A stretch of DNA of 64,000 nt from NCBI GenBank assembly GCA_031272275.1, contig JAISUC010000021.1, positions 7,490-71,489 of the forward strand, read 5' to 3'. The translations under genes were made by a program, and so were the position numbers. The DNA is from Actinomycetes bacterium (GTDB lineage: Bacteria; Actinomycetota; Coriobacteriia; WRKU01; WQUG01). Positions 39,618 to 53,462 of the stretch are shown piece by piece. Below the pieces are notes generated by a model. It saw only the letters and a list, made by a program, of their open reading frames with translations. It did not search any database and was not told the DNA's origin. Numbering within the stretch: position 1 is the first letter of the stretch; each line of letters opens with the position of its first letter.

Positions 39618-39989
39618 TTGCCGACTATTAACCAGTTGGTCCGCAAAGGCCGCAAGACGGTCGCAGAAAAGAAAAAGACGCCGGCGCTCAAGGGCAACCC
39701 CCAGCTGCGCGGTGTCTGCACACGCGTTTACACGACCACGCCGAAAAAGCCGAACTCGGCTTTGCGCAAGGTCTGCCGTGTGCGTCTCAGCAACCAGATG
39801 GAAGTCACCGCCTACATCCCCGGCATCGGCCATAACCTGCAGGAACACTCGATTGTTCTGATTCGTGGCGGTCGTGTCAAGGACCTGCCGGGTGTGCGCT
39901 ACAAGGTCATTCGCGGTTCGCTCGACGCGGCCAGCGTTTCCGACCGTGCACAGGCCCGCAGCCGTTATGGCGCAAAGAAGGAGAAGTAA
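39618..39989 (+). CDS. rpsL: 30S ribosomal protein S12
   Basis: TTG start after TAGGAG; [12 protein letters not shown]... Confidence 0.95.
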   Translation: MPTINQLVRKGRKTVAEKKKTPALKGNPQLRGVCTRVYTTTPKKPNSALRKVCRVRLSNQMEVTAYIPGIGHNLQEHSIVLIRGGRVKDLPGVRYKVIRGSLDAASVSDRAQARSRYGAKKEK

Positions 39990-39990
39990 G

Positions 39991-40461
39991 ATGCCCCGTA
40001 GAGCAGCAGCGGAGCGTCGCGAAATCGCAGGCGACGCCCGATACAACAACCGCCTGGTCACCCAGCTCATCAACAAGATCCTGCTGAAGGGCAAGCGTTC
40101 GCTTGCCGAGAGCATCGTCTATGGTGCCTTCGACTTGATCGAAGAGCGCACCGGCGGCGATCCGTTGGCGGTATTCAAGAAAGCGATGGACAACGTGCGC
40201 CCGACCCTCGAGGTCAAGCCCAAGCGCGTCGGTGGTGCCACCTATCAGGTGCCGGTCGAGGTCAACGCCCGCCGTTCGACGACGCTTGCGATCCGTTGGA
40301 TCGTCGGGTATTCCCGTTCCCGTCGCGAAAAGACGATGACCGAGCGTCTCGCAGCCGAAATCATGGAAGCAGCCGAGGAAACCGGCTCTTCCGTCAAGAG
40401 GCGCGAAGACGTGTACAAGATGGCCGAAGCGAACCGTGCGTTCTCGCACTATCGCTGGTAG
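39991..40461 (+). CDS. rpsG: 30S ribosomal protein S7
   Basis: [12 protein letters not shown]...; 156 aa. Confidence 0.95.
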   Translation: MPRRAAAERREIAGDARYNNRLVTQLINKILLKGKRSLAESIVYGAFDLIEERTGGDPLAVFKKAMDNVRPTLEVKPKRVGGATYQVPVEVNARRSTTLAIRWIVGYSRSRREKTMTERLAAEIMEAAEETGSSVKRREDVYKMAEANRAFSHYRW

Positions 40462-40481
40462 TAAGGATTGCGTTCTTAAGT

Positions 40482-42575
<2,094 letters not shown>

Positions 42576-42595
42576 GAAAACAGGAAGGACGCACA

Positions 42596-42901
42596 GTGGC
42601 ACAACGAATCAGGATCAGGCTCAAGGGTTACGATCACGAGATCGTCGACGCGAGCACCAAAAAGATTGTCGAGACCGCGCAAAAGACCGGTGCCAAGGTC
42701 GTAGGTCCGGTCCCGCTGCCGACCTCGCGCAATCTGTACTGTGTCATCCGCTCGCCGCACAAGTATAAGGACAGTCGCGAGCAGTTTGAGATCCGCACAC
42801 ACAAGCGTCTGATCGATATTATCGACGCGACGCCCAAGACGGCGGACTCGCTGGGTCGACTCGACCTTCCCGCGGGCGTCGAAATTGAAATCAAGGCCTA
42901 A
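42596..42901 (+). CDS. rpsJ: 30S ribosomal protein S10
   Basis: GTG start; [12 protein letters not shown]; follows fusA directly, with no tuf between. Confidence 0.95.
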   Translation: MAQRIRIRLKGYDHEIVDASTKKIVETAQKTGAKVVGPVPLPTSRNLYCVIRSPHKYKDSREQFEIRTHKRLIDIIDATPKTADSLGRLDLPAGVEIEIKA

Positions 42902-42917
42902 GGAAAGGGAGCGAGTA

Positions 42918-43538
42918 ATGACTACCATCTTAGGGAAAAAGCTGGGCATGACCCAGACCTGGACCGAGGGCGGCGACTTGTTGCCGGTCACGGTTATCGA
43001 GGCAGGACCCTGCACCGTCATTCAGGTGAAAAGCACTGCCAAAGAAGGATACGACGCCATCCAAATCGGGTTTGGCGAGATTCGTGAAACCCTGGTGAAC
43101 AAGCCGGCTGCCGGTCACTTCGCCAAGGCAAAGGTCAAGCCCCTGCGCCACTTGGCGGAGATTCGCTTGGACGGACCCGGAGACTTCAAGGTCGGCGACA
43201 CCATCGCCGTCGACGCTTTGGCGGATGCCAAGGTCGTCAATATCTCGGGCGTCAGCAAGGGTAAGGGTTTTGCCGGTTCCATGAAGCGCCATAACTTCGG
43301 TGGTGGACCGGGTGGACACGGCTCGCACTTTCACCGTATCCCCGGTTCCGTCGGTCAGGCATCAACCCCCTCACGCGTGTTCAAGGGAAAGAAACTCCCG
43401 GGACACATGGGAACCGATAAAGTGACCGTCCGTAACCTCGACATCGTCGATATCAAGCCGGAAGAAAACCTGCTGCTGGTCAAGGGCGCCGTGCCGGGAG
43501 GCAAAGGGGCGCTCCTCACCATCACGGTGGCGAAGTAA
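42918..43538 (+). CDS. rplC: 50S ribosomal protein L3
   Basis: MTTILGKKLGMTQTW. Confidence 0.95.
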   Translation: MTTILGKKLGMTQTWTEGGDLLPVTVIEAGPCTVIQVKSTAKEGYDAIQIGFGEIRETLVNKPAAGHFAKAKVKPLRHLAEIRLDGPGDFKVGDTIAVDALADAKVVNISGVSKGKGFAGSMKRHNFGGGPGGHGSHFHRIPGSVGQASTPSRVFKGKKLPGHMGTDKVTVRNLDIVDIKPEENLLLVKGAVPGGKGALLTITVAK

Positions 43539-43561
43539 GCGGTAACAAGGAGAACATGCTC

Positions 43562-44188
43562 ATGACAACCATCAAAGTCAAAGACGTACACGGGGCAGAC
43601 GCCGGCAGTCTCAAAGCGGCTGACGACGTCTTCAAGATCGAGCCGAACAGCTTCGCGGTGCACCAGGTTGTGCGCAGCCAGCTCGCCGGTGCCCGTGCTG
43701 GTACGCATCAGACCAAGACCCGCGGCGAGGTCCGCGGCGGCGGTAAAAAGCCTTGGCGCCAAAAGGGCACCGGTCGTGCCCGTCAGGGTACGATCCGCGC
43801 ACCCCAGTGGAAAGGCGGCGGCGTTGTCTTTGGACCGCATCCGCGTGACTATGCCTTCAAGGTCCCCAACAAGGTCGTAAAGCTCGCCATGCGCAGCGCT
43901 CTGTCCGCCAAGCTGGCGGAAAAGGCCCTGCATGTCGTCGATGCTCTCGATTTCGAGGCACCTTCGACCAAGCAGGCGCTGGCTGCTCTCGATGCCTTGG
44001 GGCTGAAAGACACCAAAATCACCGTAGTGTTGGGCAACGAGGACACCAACGCGTTTCTCTCGCTGCGTAACATCCCGCGCGTTCGACCGATTTTCGCTTT
44101 CGAGGCGAATACCTATGATTTGGTCGATAACGCGGCTCTGTTGTTCACCAAGGAATCCCTGAGCTGGCTTGAGGGGGTGCTCAACTGA
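43562..44188 (+). CDS. rplD: 50S ribosomal protein L4
   Basis: Second ATG chosen for SD spacing (AAGGAGA); 43556 is the alternative start. Confidence 0.9.
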   Translation: MTTIKVKDVHGADAGSLKAADDVFKIEPNSFAVHQVVRSQLAGARAGTHQTKTRGEVRGGGKKPWRQKGTGRARQGTIRAPQWKGGGVVFGPHPRDYAFKVPNKVVKLAMRSALSAKLAEKALHVVDALDFEAPSTKQALAALDALGLKDTKITVVLGNEDTNAFLSLRNIPRVRPIFAFEANTYDLVDNAALLFTKESLSWLEGVLN

Positions 44189-44475
44189 TGTACGATCCGC
44201 GCCAAGTCATATTGAAACCCATCGTGTCCGAGAAATCCTACGACCTGATCGAGACGGCAAACCGCTACACCTTCGAGGTGCACAAAAATGCGACCAAGCC
44301 CCAGATCGCCCAGGCGATTGAAGAGATCTTCAACGTCAAGGTGACCAAGGTCAACACGATGAATGTCGTCGGCAAGCCGCGCCGCGTGCGCGTCGCCAAA
44401 GGCAAGACCCGTTCTTGGAAAAAGGCAATCGTCACCCTGGCTGCAGGGGACACGATCGAGTTGTTCGCGAACTAG
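44188..44475 (+). CDS. rplW: 50S ribosomal protein L23
   Basis: 95 aa; TGA/ATG overlap with rplD. Confidence 0.95.
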   Translation: MYDPRQVILKPIVSEKSYDLIETANRYTFEVHKNATKPQIAQAIEEIFNVKVTKVNTMNVVGKPRRVRVAKGKTRSWKKAIVTLAAGDTIELFAN

Positions 44476-44485
44476 GAGAGGACTT

Positions 44486-45316
44486 ATGGCTGTCAAGAAA
44501 TACAAGCCGACTTCACCCGGTCGTCGCGGGATGTCGGTCTCCGATTTCGCGGAGATCACTGAAACGACGCCGGAAAAGTCGCTGCTCGAGCCGCTGCACA
44601 AAAAGGGCGGACGAAACAACAACGGTCGTATCACGGTGCGTCACCAGGGTGGCGGACACAAGCGCCGCTATCGCGTGATTGATTTCAAGCGCGATAAGGA
44701 TGCCATCCCCGCCAAGGTTGCGACCATCGAGTACGATCCCAACCGCAGTGCCCGTATCGCGCTGCTGCATTACGCAGACGGCGAGAAGCGCTACATCTTG
44801 GCGCCGAAGGGTCTCGAAGTCGGGACCACTGTGGAATCCGGACCGGAAGCCGACATCAAGCCGGGTAACGCCCTGCCGCTCGCATCCATTCCGGTCGGTA
44901 CCGTGGTGCACGCCGTCGAGATGCAACCGGGCAAGGGTGCGGCGTTGGCACGCAGTGCCGGCACCTCCATTCAGCTGATGGGCAAAGAGGGCAAGTACGC
45001 CATCCTGCGTATGCCTTCGTCCGAAATGCGTCGCGTGCTTGCGACCTGTCGGGCAACCGTCGGCGAGGTCGGTAATGCCGATCACTCGAACATCAACATC
45101 GGTAAAGCCGGTCGCAAGCGCCACATGGGAGTTCGCCCGACGGTGCGCGGTACGGTCATGAACCCGGTTGATCACCCGCACGGAGGCGGCGAGGGACGTA
45201 ACAAGTCCGCCGGTCGCCACCCGGTCACCCCTTGGGGTGTGCCGACCAAGGGTCATCGCACTCGTCAGAAGAACAAGGCCAGCAACCGTCTGATCATCAG
45301 GCGCCGCAAGAAGTAG
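44486..45316 (+). CDS. rplB: 50S ribosomal protein L2
   Basis: [15 protein letters not shown]. Confidence 0.95.
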   Translation: MAVKKYKPTSPGRRGMSVSDFAEITETTPEKSLLEPLHKKGGRNNNGRITVRHQGGGHKRRYRVIDFKRDKDAIPAKVATIEYDPNRSARIALLHYADGEKRYILAPKGLEVGTTVESGPEADIKPGNALPLASIPVGTVVHAVEMQPGKGAALARSAGTSIQLMGKEGKYAILRMPSSEMRRVLATCRATVGEVGNADHSNINIGKAGRKRHMGVRPTVRGTVMNPVDHPHGGGEGRNKSAGRHPVTPWGVPTKGHRTRQKNKASNRLIIRRRKK

Positions 45317-45333
45317 AAAGGACAAGCGAACCG

Positions 45334-45606
45334 ATGAGCAGAAGTCTCAAAAAAGGACCTTTCGTCGAGGCGCGGCTGCTTTCCCGCATCAGCGCGATGA
45401 ACGAGTCCGGCGACAAGCAGGTTGTCAAAACCTGGTCGCGCGCATCGACGATTTTCCCGGAAATGGTCGGCCACACCATCGCGATTCACGATGGACGCAA
45501 GCACGTGCCGATTTACATCACCGAGTCCATGGTCGGGCACAAGTTGGGCGAGTTTTCCCCGACGCGTACCTTCCGCGGGCACGCCGGCGACAAGAAGGGA
45601 CGGTAA
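45334..45606 (+). CDS. rpsS: 30S ribosomal protein S19
   Basis: [11 protein letters not shown]. Confidence 0.95.
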   Translation: MSRSLKKGPFVEARLLSRISAMNESGDKQVVKTWSRASTIFPEMVGHTIAIHDGRKHVPIYITESMVGHKLGEFSPTRTFRGHAGDKKGR

Positions 45607-45609
45607 GCC

Positions 45610-45954
45610 ATGTTCTCTAAAGCAGTCGCCAAACATCAGCGCATCGCACCGCGCAAGGCACGCTTGGTCGTCGATCTGATTCGCGGCAAGTCGGTTGATG
45701 AAGCACGCGCAATCGTCAAGTTCTCGACGCGTGCCGCCGCCGAAACGGTCGAAAAGGTGTTGAACAGTGCCGTCGCCAATGCCGAGCACAAAGAGGACCA
45801 CGTCAAGGCCGAGACGCTGTATGTCTCCGAAGCCTATGTGGACGAAGGTCCGACGCTCAAGCGTATTCGTGCCGGAGCAAAGGGAATGGCCAAGCGCATC
45901 AACAAGCGCAGCTGTCACATCACCATCGTCCTCGACCAGATCAAGGAGGCCTGA
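45610..45954 (+). CDS. rplV: 50S ribosomal protein L22
   Basis: 114 aa. Confidence 0.95.
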   Translation: MFSKAVAKHQRIAPRKARLVVDLIRGKSVDEARAIVKFSTRAAAETVEKVLNSAVANAEHKEDHVKAETLYVSEAYVDEGPTLKRIRAGAKGMAKRINKRSCHITIVLDQIKEA

Positions 45955-45956
45955 GC

Positions 45957-46685
45957 ATGGGCCAAAAAGTATCACCCATAGGTTTTCGTCTGGGTATTAT
46001 CGAGCGCCATCGCAGCCGTTGGTTTGCGGGTAAAGATTATGCCAAGAACCTTGAAAATGACATCAAACTCCGCCGTTTCCTCGAAAAGAAACTCGAGCGC
46101 GCCGCCGTTTCCGGCATCGTGATCGAGCGTAAAGGCGAGGATCGCGTCGAGGTTGAGATAGCAACCGCCCGCCCCGGTATCGTCATCGGCAAGAAAGGCG
46201 CCGATATCGACGAGCTGCGCCGCGAGCTGGAGCAAATCGCAGGTGTCGGAGTCGACGTCAAAATCGTCGAGATCATCCGCCCCGAGCTGGATGCAAAACT
46301 GACGGCACAGTCCGTCGCCGACCAGCTGGTCGGACGCGTCGCCTTCCGTCGTGCTATGCGCAAGGCGGTCACCAGTGCGATGAAGAGCGGTGCTCTGGGC
46401 ATCCGTATTCAGTGCTCCGGTCGTCTGGGCGGTGCGGAAATGTCGCGTCGCGAATGGTATCGCGAGGGTCGCGTGCCTCTGCATACGCTGCGCGCAAAGA
46501 TTGACTATGGTTTCGCCGAGGCGAACACCACCATGGGCATGATCGGTATCAAGGTCTGGATCTATCACGGCGAAACCTTGCCGGGACAGACTCCGCCGAA
46601 CCCCGCGACCGAGGGTACGCGTGCACCGCGCACCGGTCGTCGCGGTGACCGTGATCGCGATCATAGAGGACCAAGGAGAGGATAG
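45957..46685 (+). CDS. rpsC: 30S ribosomal protein S3
   Basis: [13 protein letters not shown]; RG/RD-rich tail. Confidence 0.95.
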   Translation: MGQKVSPIGFRLGIIERHRSRWFAGKDYAKNLENDIKLRRFLEKKLERAAVSGIVIERKGEDRVEVEIATARPGIVIGKKGADIDELRRELEQIAGVGVDVKIVEIIRPELDAKLTAQSVADQLVGRVAFRRAMRKAVTSAMKSGALGIRIQCSGRLGGAEMSRREWYREGRVPLHTLRAKIDYGFAEANTTMGMIGIKVWIYHGETLPGQTPPNPATEGTRAPRTGRRGDRDRDHRGPRRG

Positions 46686-46687
46686 GA

Positions 46688-47218
46688 ATGCTCAGTCCCA
46701 AACGAGTCCGTCACCGCAAAGTTCAGCGCGGTTCGATGAAGGGTCAGGCCAAAGGCGGGACCCGGGTTGTATTCGGCGACTATGGCTTGCAGGCATTGCA
46801 GCCGGCGTGGATTACCAACCGTCAGATCGAGGCCGCCCGTGTTGCGATGACCCGTCATATGAAGCGTGGCGGCAAGGTCTGGATCAACATTTTCCCGGAC
46901 AAGCCGATCACCAAGAAACCTGCCGAGACCCGCATGGGTTCGGGTAAGGGTAACCCGGAAGATTGGGTTGCCGTAGTCAAGCCCGGTCGCGTGATGTTCG
47001 AGATCGCCGGCGTGACCGAAGAGGTCGCCCGCGAAGCGCTGCGCCTGGCCGCCCACAAGCTGCCCATCAAGGTCAAGTTCGTGATGAGCGAAGAGGCCGC
47101 ACAGCCCGGTTTCACGCCGATTCAATTCAAGTCCGCGCGCTTGGAAGAGCCGGTCGCCGTGGCAGGCGAAGGCGAAGGCGCCGAGGCTGCACCTGCCGAA
47201 AGCAACGGGGAGGAGTAA
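46688..47218 (+). CDS. rplP: 50S ribosomal protein L16 (with acidic C-terminal extension)
   Basis: L16 core plus about 35-aa Glu/Ala-rich tail. Confidence 0.95.
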   Translation: MLSPKRVRHRKVQRGSMKGQAKGGTRVVFGDYGLQALQPAWITNRQIEAARVAMTRHMKRGGKVWINIFPDKPITKKPAETRMGSGKGNPEDWVAVVKPGRVMFEIAGVTEEVAREALRLAAHKLPIKVKFVMSEEAAQPGFTPIQFKSARLEEPVAVAGEGEGAEAAPAESNGEE

Positions 47219-47220
47219 GC

Positions 47221-47439
47221 ATGAAACCCGCCGAGATTGCAAAAATGAGCGATGAGCAACTTGCCGCCGCTCTGAAGGATACACGCGCCGAGTTGTTCAA
47301 CCTGCGTTTCCGTCATGCGACCGGACAGCTGGATGACACCTCAAAGATTCCGTCCATCAAAAAGGACATCGCGCGCGTTCAAACCGAGATCCGCTCCCGT
47401 GAGCTGGCGGCAACCGCCGCCGTCGCGGATGCGAACTGA
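47221..47439 (+). CDS. rpmC: 50S ribosomal protein L29
   Basis: MKPAEIAKMSDEQL..LFNLRF. Confidence 0.9.
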   Translation: MKPAEIAKMSDEQLAAALKDTRAELFNLRFRHATGQLDDTSKIPSIKKDIARVQTEIRSRELAATAAVADAN

Positions 47440-47461
47440 AAGGCTAAGGTGAGCAGACGCG

Positions 47462-47722
47462 ATGACTGACACTCGTAACAGCCGCAAGACCCGTCAGGGC
47501 GTCGTCGTTTCGGCGTCGTCTGACAAAACCTGTGTGGTCAAAATCGAGGAGCGCAAAAAGCACCCCTTGTACAACAAGATGATCACCAGCAGCAAGAAAC
47601 TGCACGCCCACGATGAAGAAAACAGCGCAGGCGTCGGGGATACCGTCGTTGTGATGGAGACCCGTCCGCTGTCCAAGCTGAAGCGTTGGCGTCTGACCGA
47701 GATCGTCGAGAAAGCCAAGTAG
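47462..47722 (+). CDS. rpsQ: 30S ribosomal protein S17
   Basis: 86 aa. Confidence 0.95.
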   Translation: MTDTRNSRKTRQGVVVSASSDKTCVVKIEERKKHPLYNKMITSSKKLHAHDEENSAGVGDTVVVMETRPLSKLKRWRLTEIVEKAK

Positions 47723-47738
47723 GAGGAGCGAGAGAGCT

Positions 47739-48107
47739 ATGATTCAAGCTGAAACCAGGCTCAAGGTCGCCGACAACAGCGGCGCGCGCAAGCTCGCCTG
47801 CATCAAGGTGTTGGGCGGCAGTAAGCGCCGGTACGCACACGTCGGAGACGTTATCGTCTGTTCGGTGAAAGAGGCATTGCCGGCAGGTAACGTCAAAAAG
47901 GGCGAGGTTGTTAAAGCCGTTGTCGTCCGCACGGTGAAAGAGATTCGTCGCAGTGACGGAAGCTACATCTCATTCGACGAGAATGCAGCCGTCGTCATCG
48001 ATGAACAAGGCAACCCGCGCGGAACCCGTATCTTCGGGCCGGTCGCCCGCGAGCTGCGTGACCGCAAGTACATGAAAATCGTCTCGTTGGCTCCGGAGGT
48101 ACTGTAA
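47739..48107 (+). CDS. rplN: 50S ribosomal protein L14
   Basis: [16 protein letters not shown]. Confidence 0.95.
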   Translation: MIQAETRLKVADNSGARKLACIKVLGGSKRRYAHVGDVIVCSVKEALPAGNVKKGEVVKAVVVRTVKEIRRSDGSYISFDENAAVVIDEQGNPRGTRIFGPVARELRDRKYMKIVSLAPEVL

Positions 48108-48427
48108 TGGCGAAACTGAAGATTCATAAAGATGACAAAGTCGTCGTGATTGCCGGTAAGGACAAGGGCAAGGAGGGGCGTGTTCTGCGCGCTCTTCCGA
48201 CGCGCGAACGCGTGATTGTCGAGCGCGTCGCCGTCGCGAAAAAGACCCAGCGTCCCACCCAGAAAAACCCGCAAGGCGGCTTTGCCCAAATCGAGCAGCC
48301 CATCCACGTGAGCAACGTCAAGCTGATTTGCCCGAAGTGCGGTCAGCCCACCCGCGTGTCCTCGCGTCGCGATGATGACGGCAAGAAAATCCGCGTATGC
48401 AAGAAATGTGGGAAGGATATCGACTAA
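48107..48427 (+). CDS. rplX: 50S ribosomal protein L24 (C-terminus carries a C4 zinc-ribbon-like motif CPKCG...CKKCG)
   Basis: KOW motif [13 protein letters not shown]; the C-terminal Cys residues replace the usual DPKTG.../AKKSG. Confidence 0.9.
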   Translation: MAKLKIHKDDKVVVIAGKDKGKEGRVLRALPTRERVIVERVAVAKKTQRPTQKNPQGGFAQIEQPIHVSNVKLICPKCGQPTRVSSRRDDDGKKIRVCKKCGKDID

Positions 48428-49011
48428 TGGCAACAAAGACAAAGACGAAAACGCCGGCTGTCGCAGCCGACTCACCGCGCCTCAAAAAGCAATACCTTGA
48501 AGAGGTTGCGCCCGCGCTGAAAGAACAGCTGGGATTGGCAAACGTCATGCAGATTCCGCGTCTGGAGAAAATCGTGGTCAACATGGGTGTCGGTGCCGCT
48601 GTTGCGGACGCCAAGCAGCTGGATCACGCCGTTGAGGATTTGCGCGTGATCACCGGGCAGCAGCCCCGCATCAACCGCGCCAAGAAATCGATCGCAAGCT
48701 TCAAGCTGCGCACCGGTATGCCCATCGGCTGCAAGGTGACGCTGCGTGGAGACCGCATGTGGGAGTTCTTCGACCGTCTGCTGGCAACTGCGATTCCGCG
48801 TATCCGCGACTTCCGTGGACTGCCCAAGACCTCGTTTGATGGTCGCGGCAATTATTCGATGGGAATCACCGAGCAGTTGATTTTCCCCGAGGTTGAATAT
48901 GACAAGGTTGACAAGACGCGCGGCATGGACATTACCTTTGTTACGTCTGCGCCCGATGACGAAGGTGCTCAGGCACTGTTGGCCGCCTTTGGCTTTCCCT
49001 TTAAGGCATAA
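48427..49011 (+). CDS. rplE: 50S ribosomal protein L5
   Basis: TAATG overlap with rplX; 194 aa. Confidence 0.95.
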   Translation: MATKTKTKTPAVAADSPRLKKQYLEEVAPALKEQLGLANVMQIPRLEKIVVNMGVGAAVADAKQLDHAVEDLRVITGQQPRINRAKKSIASFKLRTGMPIGCKVTLRGDRMWEFFDRLLATAIPRIRDFRGLPKTSFDGRGNYSMGITEQLIFPEVEYDKVDKTRGMDITFVTSAPDDEGAQALLAAFGFPFKA

Positions 49012-49049
49012 GGCCCGGATAATCAGGGCTTACAGAAAGGATATGTGAA

Positions 49050-49235
49050 GTGGCTAAGAAATCGATGATCGCCCGTTCGCGCCGAGCAGCGAAGTTCTCG
49101 ACGCGTGAGCACAACCGCTGCAACCGTTGTGGCAGGCCGCGCGCCTATTACCGCCAGTTCGGCCTGTGCCGCGTGTGTTTGCGCGAGTTGGCAAACAAAG
49201 GCGAGCTCCCCGGCGTCCGCAAGGCCAGCTGGTAA
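49050..49235 (+). CDS. rpsN: 30S ribosomal protein S14, type Z (zinc-binding)
   Basis: 61 aa; CNRCGRP...CRVC. Confidence 0.95.
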   Translation: MAKKSMIARSRRAAKFSTREHNRCNRCGRPRAYYRQFGLCRVCLRELANKGELPGVRKASW

Positions 49236-49342
49236 GCGACGACGAGGAGTCGGCCGGCAGTAGCGCATGTGCCACGGGTACCTGCGAACCTGCAAGCCGA
49301 GCATCCGGAACCATACGATAAGCGCATCGGAAAGGAACGACC

Positions 49343-49741
49343 ATGAGTATGACTGACCCCATCGCGGATATGCTGACACGCATACGTAACGCGAACTCGG
49401 CGTTCAAAGAGACGACCGACATCCCGACGAGCAAGAAGCTCGTGGATATCGCGCGCGTACTCAAAGACGCCGGCTACATCAGCGACTACACCGTCACGCC
49501 CGCCAAACCGGTCGGGACGTTGACCGTCACGCTGAAGTACGGAAAAGACAAGGACCGCGCGATTCGTGGTTTGCGCCGCATCAGCAAGCCCGGTTTGCGC
49601 GTGTACGCGAAAAAGGAAGATCTGCCCCGTGTCTTTGGAGGACTGGGGATTGCCATAGTGTCAACTTCGTCGGGAGTCATGACCGACGTCGAGGCGCGCA
49701 AAGCGGGCGTCGGCGGCGAAGTCTTGGCTTACGTCTGGTAA
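49343..49741 (+). CDS. rpsH: 30S ribosomal protein S8
   Basis: [17 protein letters not shown]. Confidence 0.95.
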   Translation: MSMTDPIADMLTRIRNANSAFKETTDIPTSKKLVDIARVLKDAGYISDYTVTPAKPVGTLTVTLKYGKDKDRAIRGLRRISKPGLRVYAKKEDLPRVFGGLGIAIVSTSSGVMTDVEARKAGVGGEVLAYVW

Positions 49742-49767
49742 GAATCGGAACAGGAGGAGGCAGTCAG

Positions 49768-50304
49768 ATGTCACGTATCGGTAAGATGCCCATTCCGGTT
49801 CCCGCCGGAGTCGAGGTGAAAATCGACGGTAGCACCGTTACCGTCAAGGGAAAGCTGGGAGAGTTGACCCAGACCTTCCAGCCGCAGGTATCCATTCGCC
49901 AGGAAGACGATCAGGTTATCGTCGAGCGCGTCGATGACAGCCGCGAGGCTCGCAGCTTTCACGGTTTGACGCGCACGCTGCTGAATAACATGGTCGTCGG
50001 CGTCAGCGAGGGCTACAGCCGCAATCTCGAGATTGTCGGTGTCGGTTACCGCGCAACACTGAAGGGCGCAGACATCGAGCTTGCGTTGGGTTATTCGCAT
50101 CCCGTGTTGGTCAAGCCCGAGCCGGGCATCACTTTTGAAGTCCCCGCTCCGACCAAGATCACGGTCAAGGGTATCGATAAGCAGCGCGTCGGACAGGTTG
50201 CAGCCGACATCCGTAAATGGCGCAAGCCCGAGCCGTACAAGGGCAAGGGTATTCGCTATGAAGGAGAGTACGTCCGCCGCAAGCTGGGTAAGGCCGCCGG
50301 ATAA
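49768..50304 (+). CDS. rplF: 50S ribosomal protein L6
   Basis: 178 aa. Confidence 0.95.
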   Translation: MSRIGKMPIPVPAGVEVKIDGSTVTVKGKLGELTQTFQPQVSIRQEDDQVIVERVDDSREARSFHGLTRTLLNNMVVGVSEGYSRNLEIVGVGYRATLKGADIELALGYSHPVLVKPEPGITFEVPAPTKITVKGIDKQRVGQVAADIRKWRKPEPYKGKGIRYEGEYVRRKLGKAAG

Positions 50305-50400
50305 ACCGTATCGTAGGGTGCCGAATGTCCTCGGGACACAGGCGCCGTCGGTCAGTGGTCACCACTGCCCCTACGACAGGGATAAGGAGAAGAAACAGGT

Positions 50401-50772
50401 ATGGAAAAGTCGAAAGCAAAGAACGCAGGTCTGGCGCGCCGCCAGCGCCGCGTCCGCGCAAAGGTCTCCGGCACCGCCTCGCGTCCGCGCCTGCGCGTGA
50501 CCCGTACGAATGCACATATTTCAGCTCAGCTGATTGACGATGTCAACGCCGTTACCTTGGCTTCCGCCGCTTCAAACGAGGCGGAACTGGCCAAAGCCAT
50601 CAAGGGCGTTGCCTCGAACGCGGATGCCGCCAAGCAGGTCGGAGAGCTTCTGGCCCGCCGTGCGACGGACGCCGGCATCAGCGAAGTTGTCTTTGATCGT
50701 GGTGGGCGCATTTATCACGGTCGTGTGAAGGCTCTGGCAGAAGGCGCGCGCAGCGCCGGTCTGAAGTTTTAG
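50401..50772 (+). CDS. rplR: 50S ribosomal protein L18
   Basis: 123 aa; preceded by a 96-nt structured spacer. Confidence 0.95.
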   Translation: MEKSKAKNAGLARRQRRVRAKVSGTASRPRLRVTRTNAHISAQLIDDVNAVTLASAASNEAELAKAIKGVASNADAAKQVGELLARRATDAGISEVVFDRGGRIYHGRVKALAEGARSAGLKF

Positions 50773-50784
50773 GAAGGACTGGAA

Positions 50785-51387
50785 ATGGCTCGTAACGTAG
50801 CGCCGATATCAGAACTGCAGGAAAAGGTTGTTTCCATCAACCGCGTTTCAAAGGTCGTCAAGGGTGGACGTCGTTTTGCCCTGAGCGCCTTGGTGGTTGT
50901 CGGTGACGGCGAAGGCCGCGTGGGTGTCGGGATGGGTAAATCCACCGAAGTTCCCAACGCGATCAAAAAGGGCATCGAAGATGCCAAAAAGAACATGTTC
51001 GACGTGCCGATTGTGAACGGTACGTTGCCGCACGAGGTCATCGGAGAGTTCGGTGCCGGTCGCGTGCTGTTAAAGCCGGCTGCACCCGGTACCGGTATCA
51101 TCGCCGGTGGTCCGGTGCGCGCCGTGGTCGAGCTCGCGGGAATCACCGACGTGCTGAGCAAATCCTTGGGCAGCGACAATGCGATTAACATCGTGCGCGC
51201 CACCGCTCAGGGGCTGCAGTCGCTGCAGTCCGCCCGGGACGTCGCCGCACGTCGCGGCAAGACGGTCGCCGAGCTCTACGGTCGCGAAAAAGTGGTCGAG
51301 CCGGTTGCGGACGTGCCCGCCGAGGTCGCTGCACCCCAGACTCCCGAGGCCGTTCAGGCCGTCGCAGTCGAAGGGAGTGAGGCATAA
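50785..51387 (+). CDS. rpsE: 30S ribosomal protein S5 (with C-terminal extension)
   Basis: [24 protein letters not shown]. Confidence 0.95.
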   Translation: MARNVAPISELQEKVVSINRVSKVVKGGRRFALSALVVVGDGEGRVGVGMGKSTEVPNAIKKGIEDAKKNMFDVPIVNGTLPHEVIGEFGAGRVLLKPAAPGTGIIAGGPVRAVVELAGITDVLSKSLGSDNAINIVRATAQGLQSLQSARDVAARRGKTVAELYGREKVVEPVADVPAEVAAPQTPEAVQAVAVEGSEA

Positions 51388-51578
51388 TGGCCGCAAAAAC
51401 CAAGAAGCTCAAGATTACACAGGTTCGCTCGACGGTCGGATGCAAGCACGATCAGGTCGGCACAATCCGTGCCTTGGGACTGAAGCGCATCAACCATTCG
51501 GTCGAACAGGACGATACGCCCGTTATTCGTGGTATGGTGTTCAAGGTGAAGCACCTGATAGAAGTAGAGGAGCTGTAG
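51387..51578 (+). CDS. rpmD: 50S ribosomal protein L30
   Basis: 63 aa. Confidence 0.95.
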   Translation: MAAKTKKLKITQVRSTVGCKHDQVGTIRALGLKRINHSVEQDDTPVIRGMVFKVKHLIEVEEL

Positions 51579-51579
51579 C

Positions 51580-52023
51580 ATGCAACTGAACGACTTGATG
51601 CCCGCACCGGGTTCACGCAAGACGCGCAAGCGCGTCGGGCGCGGTCATGGCTCGGGCCACGGTGGTACCTCCACCCGTGGTGCAAACGGTCAGCTGTCCC
51701 GCGCAGGCGGTGGCAAGGGCGCCGGTTTCGAGGGTGGTCAGCTGCCGCTCGCGATGCGCCTGCCCAAGCTGGGCGGTTTCATAAACCATAACCGTGTCGA
51801 GTACGCCGTGGTTAACGTCGCCCGCTTGGACGAGTTGTTTGCCGACGGCGACATCGTCACTCCCGAGGCACTGGAAGAAAAGGGAGCCATCAAGAGCGCC
51901 CTGAAGGCTCCGGTGAAAGTCTTGGGTAATGGCGACATCTCGAAAAAGCTCACCGTCAAGGTCGAGAAAGTGTCCGCGTCCGCCAAAGAGAAAATTGAGA
52001 AAGCCGGAGGAAAGGTCGAATAA
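51580..52023 (+). CDS. rplO: 50S ribosomal protein L15
   Basis: 147 aa; Gly-rich N-terminal region. Confidence 0.95.
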   Translation: MQLNDLMPAPGSRKTRKRVGRGHGSGHGGTSTRGANGQLSRAGGGKGAGFEGGQLPLAMRLPKLGGFINHNRVEYAVVNVARLDELFADGDIVTPEALEEKGAIKSALKAPVKVLGNGDISKKLTVKVEKVSASAKEKIEKAGGKVE

Positions 52024-52025
52024 CC

Positions 52026-53351
52026 ATGTTCTCTGCGATTATCAATGCGTTCAAAATAGAGGATCTGCGTAAAAAGATCCTGTTCACGTTGTTCATCGTG
52101 TTGTTGTACCGCGTTGGATGTCATATCCCGGCCCCCGGTGTCGATGTGAACTTGGTCGCAGAGACGGTCAAGAACAACGCGGCCTTGGGCTTTTTGAACT
52201 TGTTTACCGGAAGCGCGCTGCAGCAGCTTTCGGTCTTTGCACTGGGTGTAATGCCCTACATCACTTCCTCGATCATCATGCAGCTGTTGCAAGCTGCCAT
52301 CCCCACCATCGAGGAGTGGAGCAAAGACGAAGCCGGCCAGCGCAAAATCACACAGATCACCCGCTACATCACCATCGGTATCGGCTTGGTCGAGTCAATC
52401 GGTCTGCTCTACACGTTCCGCAGCGCCATCCGCAGCGTCGCAAGCATCCCCGGCTGGTTGACGCCGGTGATGATTGTGGGATCCCTGCTTGCAGGTACGG
52501 CTCTGATCATGTGGATCAGCGAGCTGATTACCCAGCGAGGCGTCGGAAACGGTATGTCGATGATCATCTTCAGCTCGATCGTCGCGCGTTTTCCCGCCGC
52601 CCTGATCGAAAGCCTCAAGGACACCGTGACCGGTGCCTGGAAGGTCTGGTGGCAGCTGCTGATCACCGCAGCCGTCATCATCATTGTGCTGTTGGTCGTG
52701 ATTTTTGTGGTCATCTATATTGAGGAAGGACAGCGTCGCATCCCCGTCCAGTACGCCAAGCGTGTGGTCGGTCGTCGCGTCTTTGGCGGGTCGGGTACGT
52801 ATATCCCCCTGAAGGTGAACGGCGCAAACGTCGTGCCGATGATTTTTGCCTCTGCCATTCTGACGATTCCGCTGCAGCTGTCGCAGATTTTCCCGCAGGC
52901 GAATTGGCTGTCAAAGATCGCGAACTTTGTGTCCCCCCAGTCGTCCAGCGCGACGGCGGCTTTGCTGCCTTGGTATTCCGGTTGGGGAAACTGGCTGATA
53001 ACGTTTATCCTGATTGTGTTTTTTGCGTATTTCTATACGGCGCTGGTTTTCAACCCCATTGACATCAGCGACAACCTGCGCAAACAGGGCGGCTTTATCC
53101 CGGGTATCCGTCCCGGTAACAACACGACCCGCTATATCGAGCAGGTCATGAACCGCATCACGCTGCCGGGGGCTTTGTTCCTGGGCTGTATCGCGGTGGG
53201 TACCTCGGTTGTGTTTGCTTTGACGAAAAGCCCGATGGTCAACCAGTTCGGTGGCACCAGCATCTTGATTATGGTGGGTGTCGCGCTGGAAACCATGCAG
53301 CAAATCGAGTCGCAGCTGACCATGCGGCACTACGAGGGCTTCTTTAAATAG
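52026..53351 (+). CDS. secY: Preprotein translocase subunit SecY
   Basis: 441 aa; 10 TM helices. Confidence 0.95.
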   Translation: MFSAIINAFKIEDLRKKILFTLFIVLLYRVGCHIPAPGVDVNLVAETVKNNAALGFLNLFTGSALQQLSVFALGVMPYITSSIIMQLLQAAIPTIEEWSKDEAGQRKITQITRYITIGIGLVESIGLLYTFRSAIRSVASIPGWLTPVMIVGSLLAGTALIMWISELITQRGVGNGMSMIIFSSIVARFPAALIESLKDTVTGAWKVWWQLLITAAVIIIVLLVVIFVVIYIEEGQRRIPVQYAKRVVGRRVFGGSGTYIPLKVNGANVVPMIFASAILTIPLQLSQIFPQANWLSKIANFVSPQSSSATAALLPWYSGWGNWLITFILIVFFAYFYTALVFNPIDISDNLRKQGGFIPGIRPGNNTTRYIEQVMNRITLPGALFLGCIAVGTSVVFALTKSPMVNQFGGTSILIMVGVALETMQQIESQLTMRHYEGFFK

Positions 53352-53414
53352 GGTCTTTGAATAGGAAAGCCGTGGGTCGGTTTTCGGCTTACTGCGTTTC
53401 ACGCTTGTTTCATG

Positions 53415-53450
53415 TCAGGGCATTCGGTACCACCGGATGCCCTGTTTTCT
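53415..53450 (+). terminator. Intrinsic terminator after secY (CAGGGCATTCGG-taccac-CGGATGCCCTG plus TTTTCTT)
   Basis: 11-bp stem with one bulge followed by a T-run; it ends the ribosomal cluster, and adk/map/infA do not follow. Confidence 0.6.
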
Positions 53451-53456
53451 TATAAT
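53451..53456 (+). promoter_or_regulatory. -10 TATAAT placed 6 nt before the eutBC ATG (leaderless)
   Basis: Same geometry as the ispD and cysS promoters; no SD. Confidence 0.45.
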
Positions 53457-53462
53457 AGCCGC

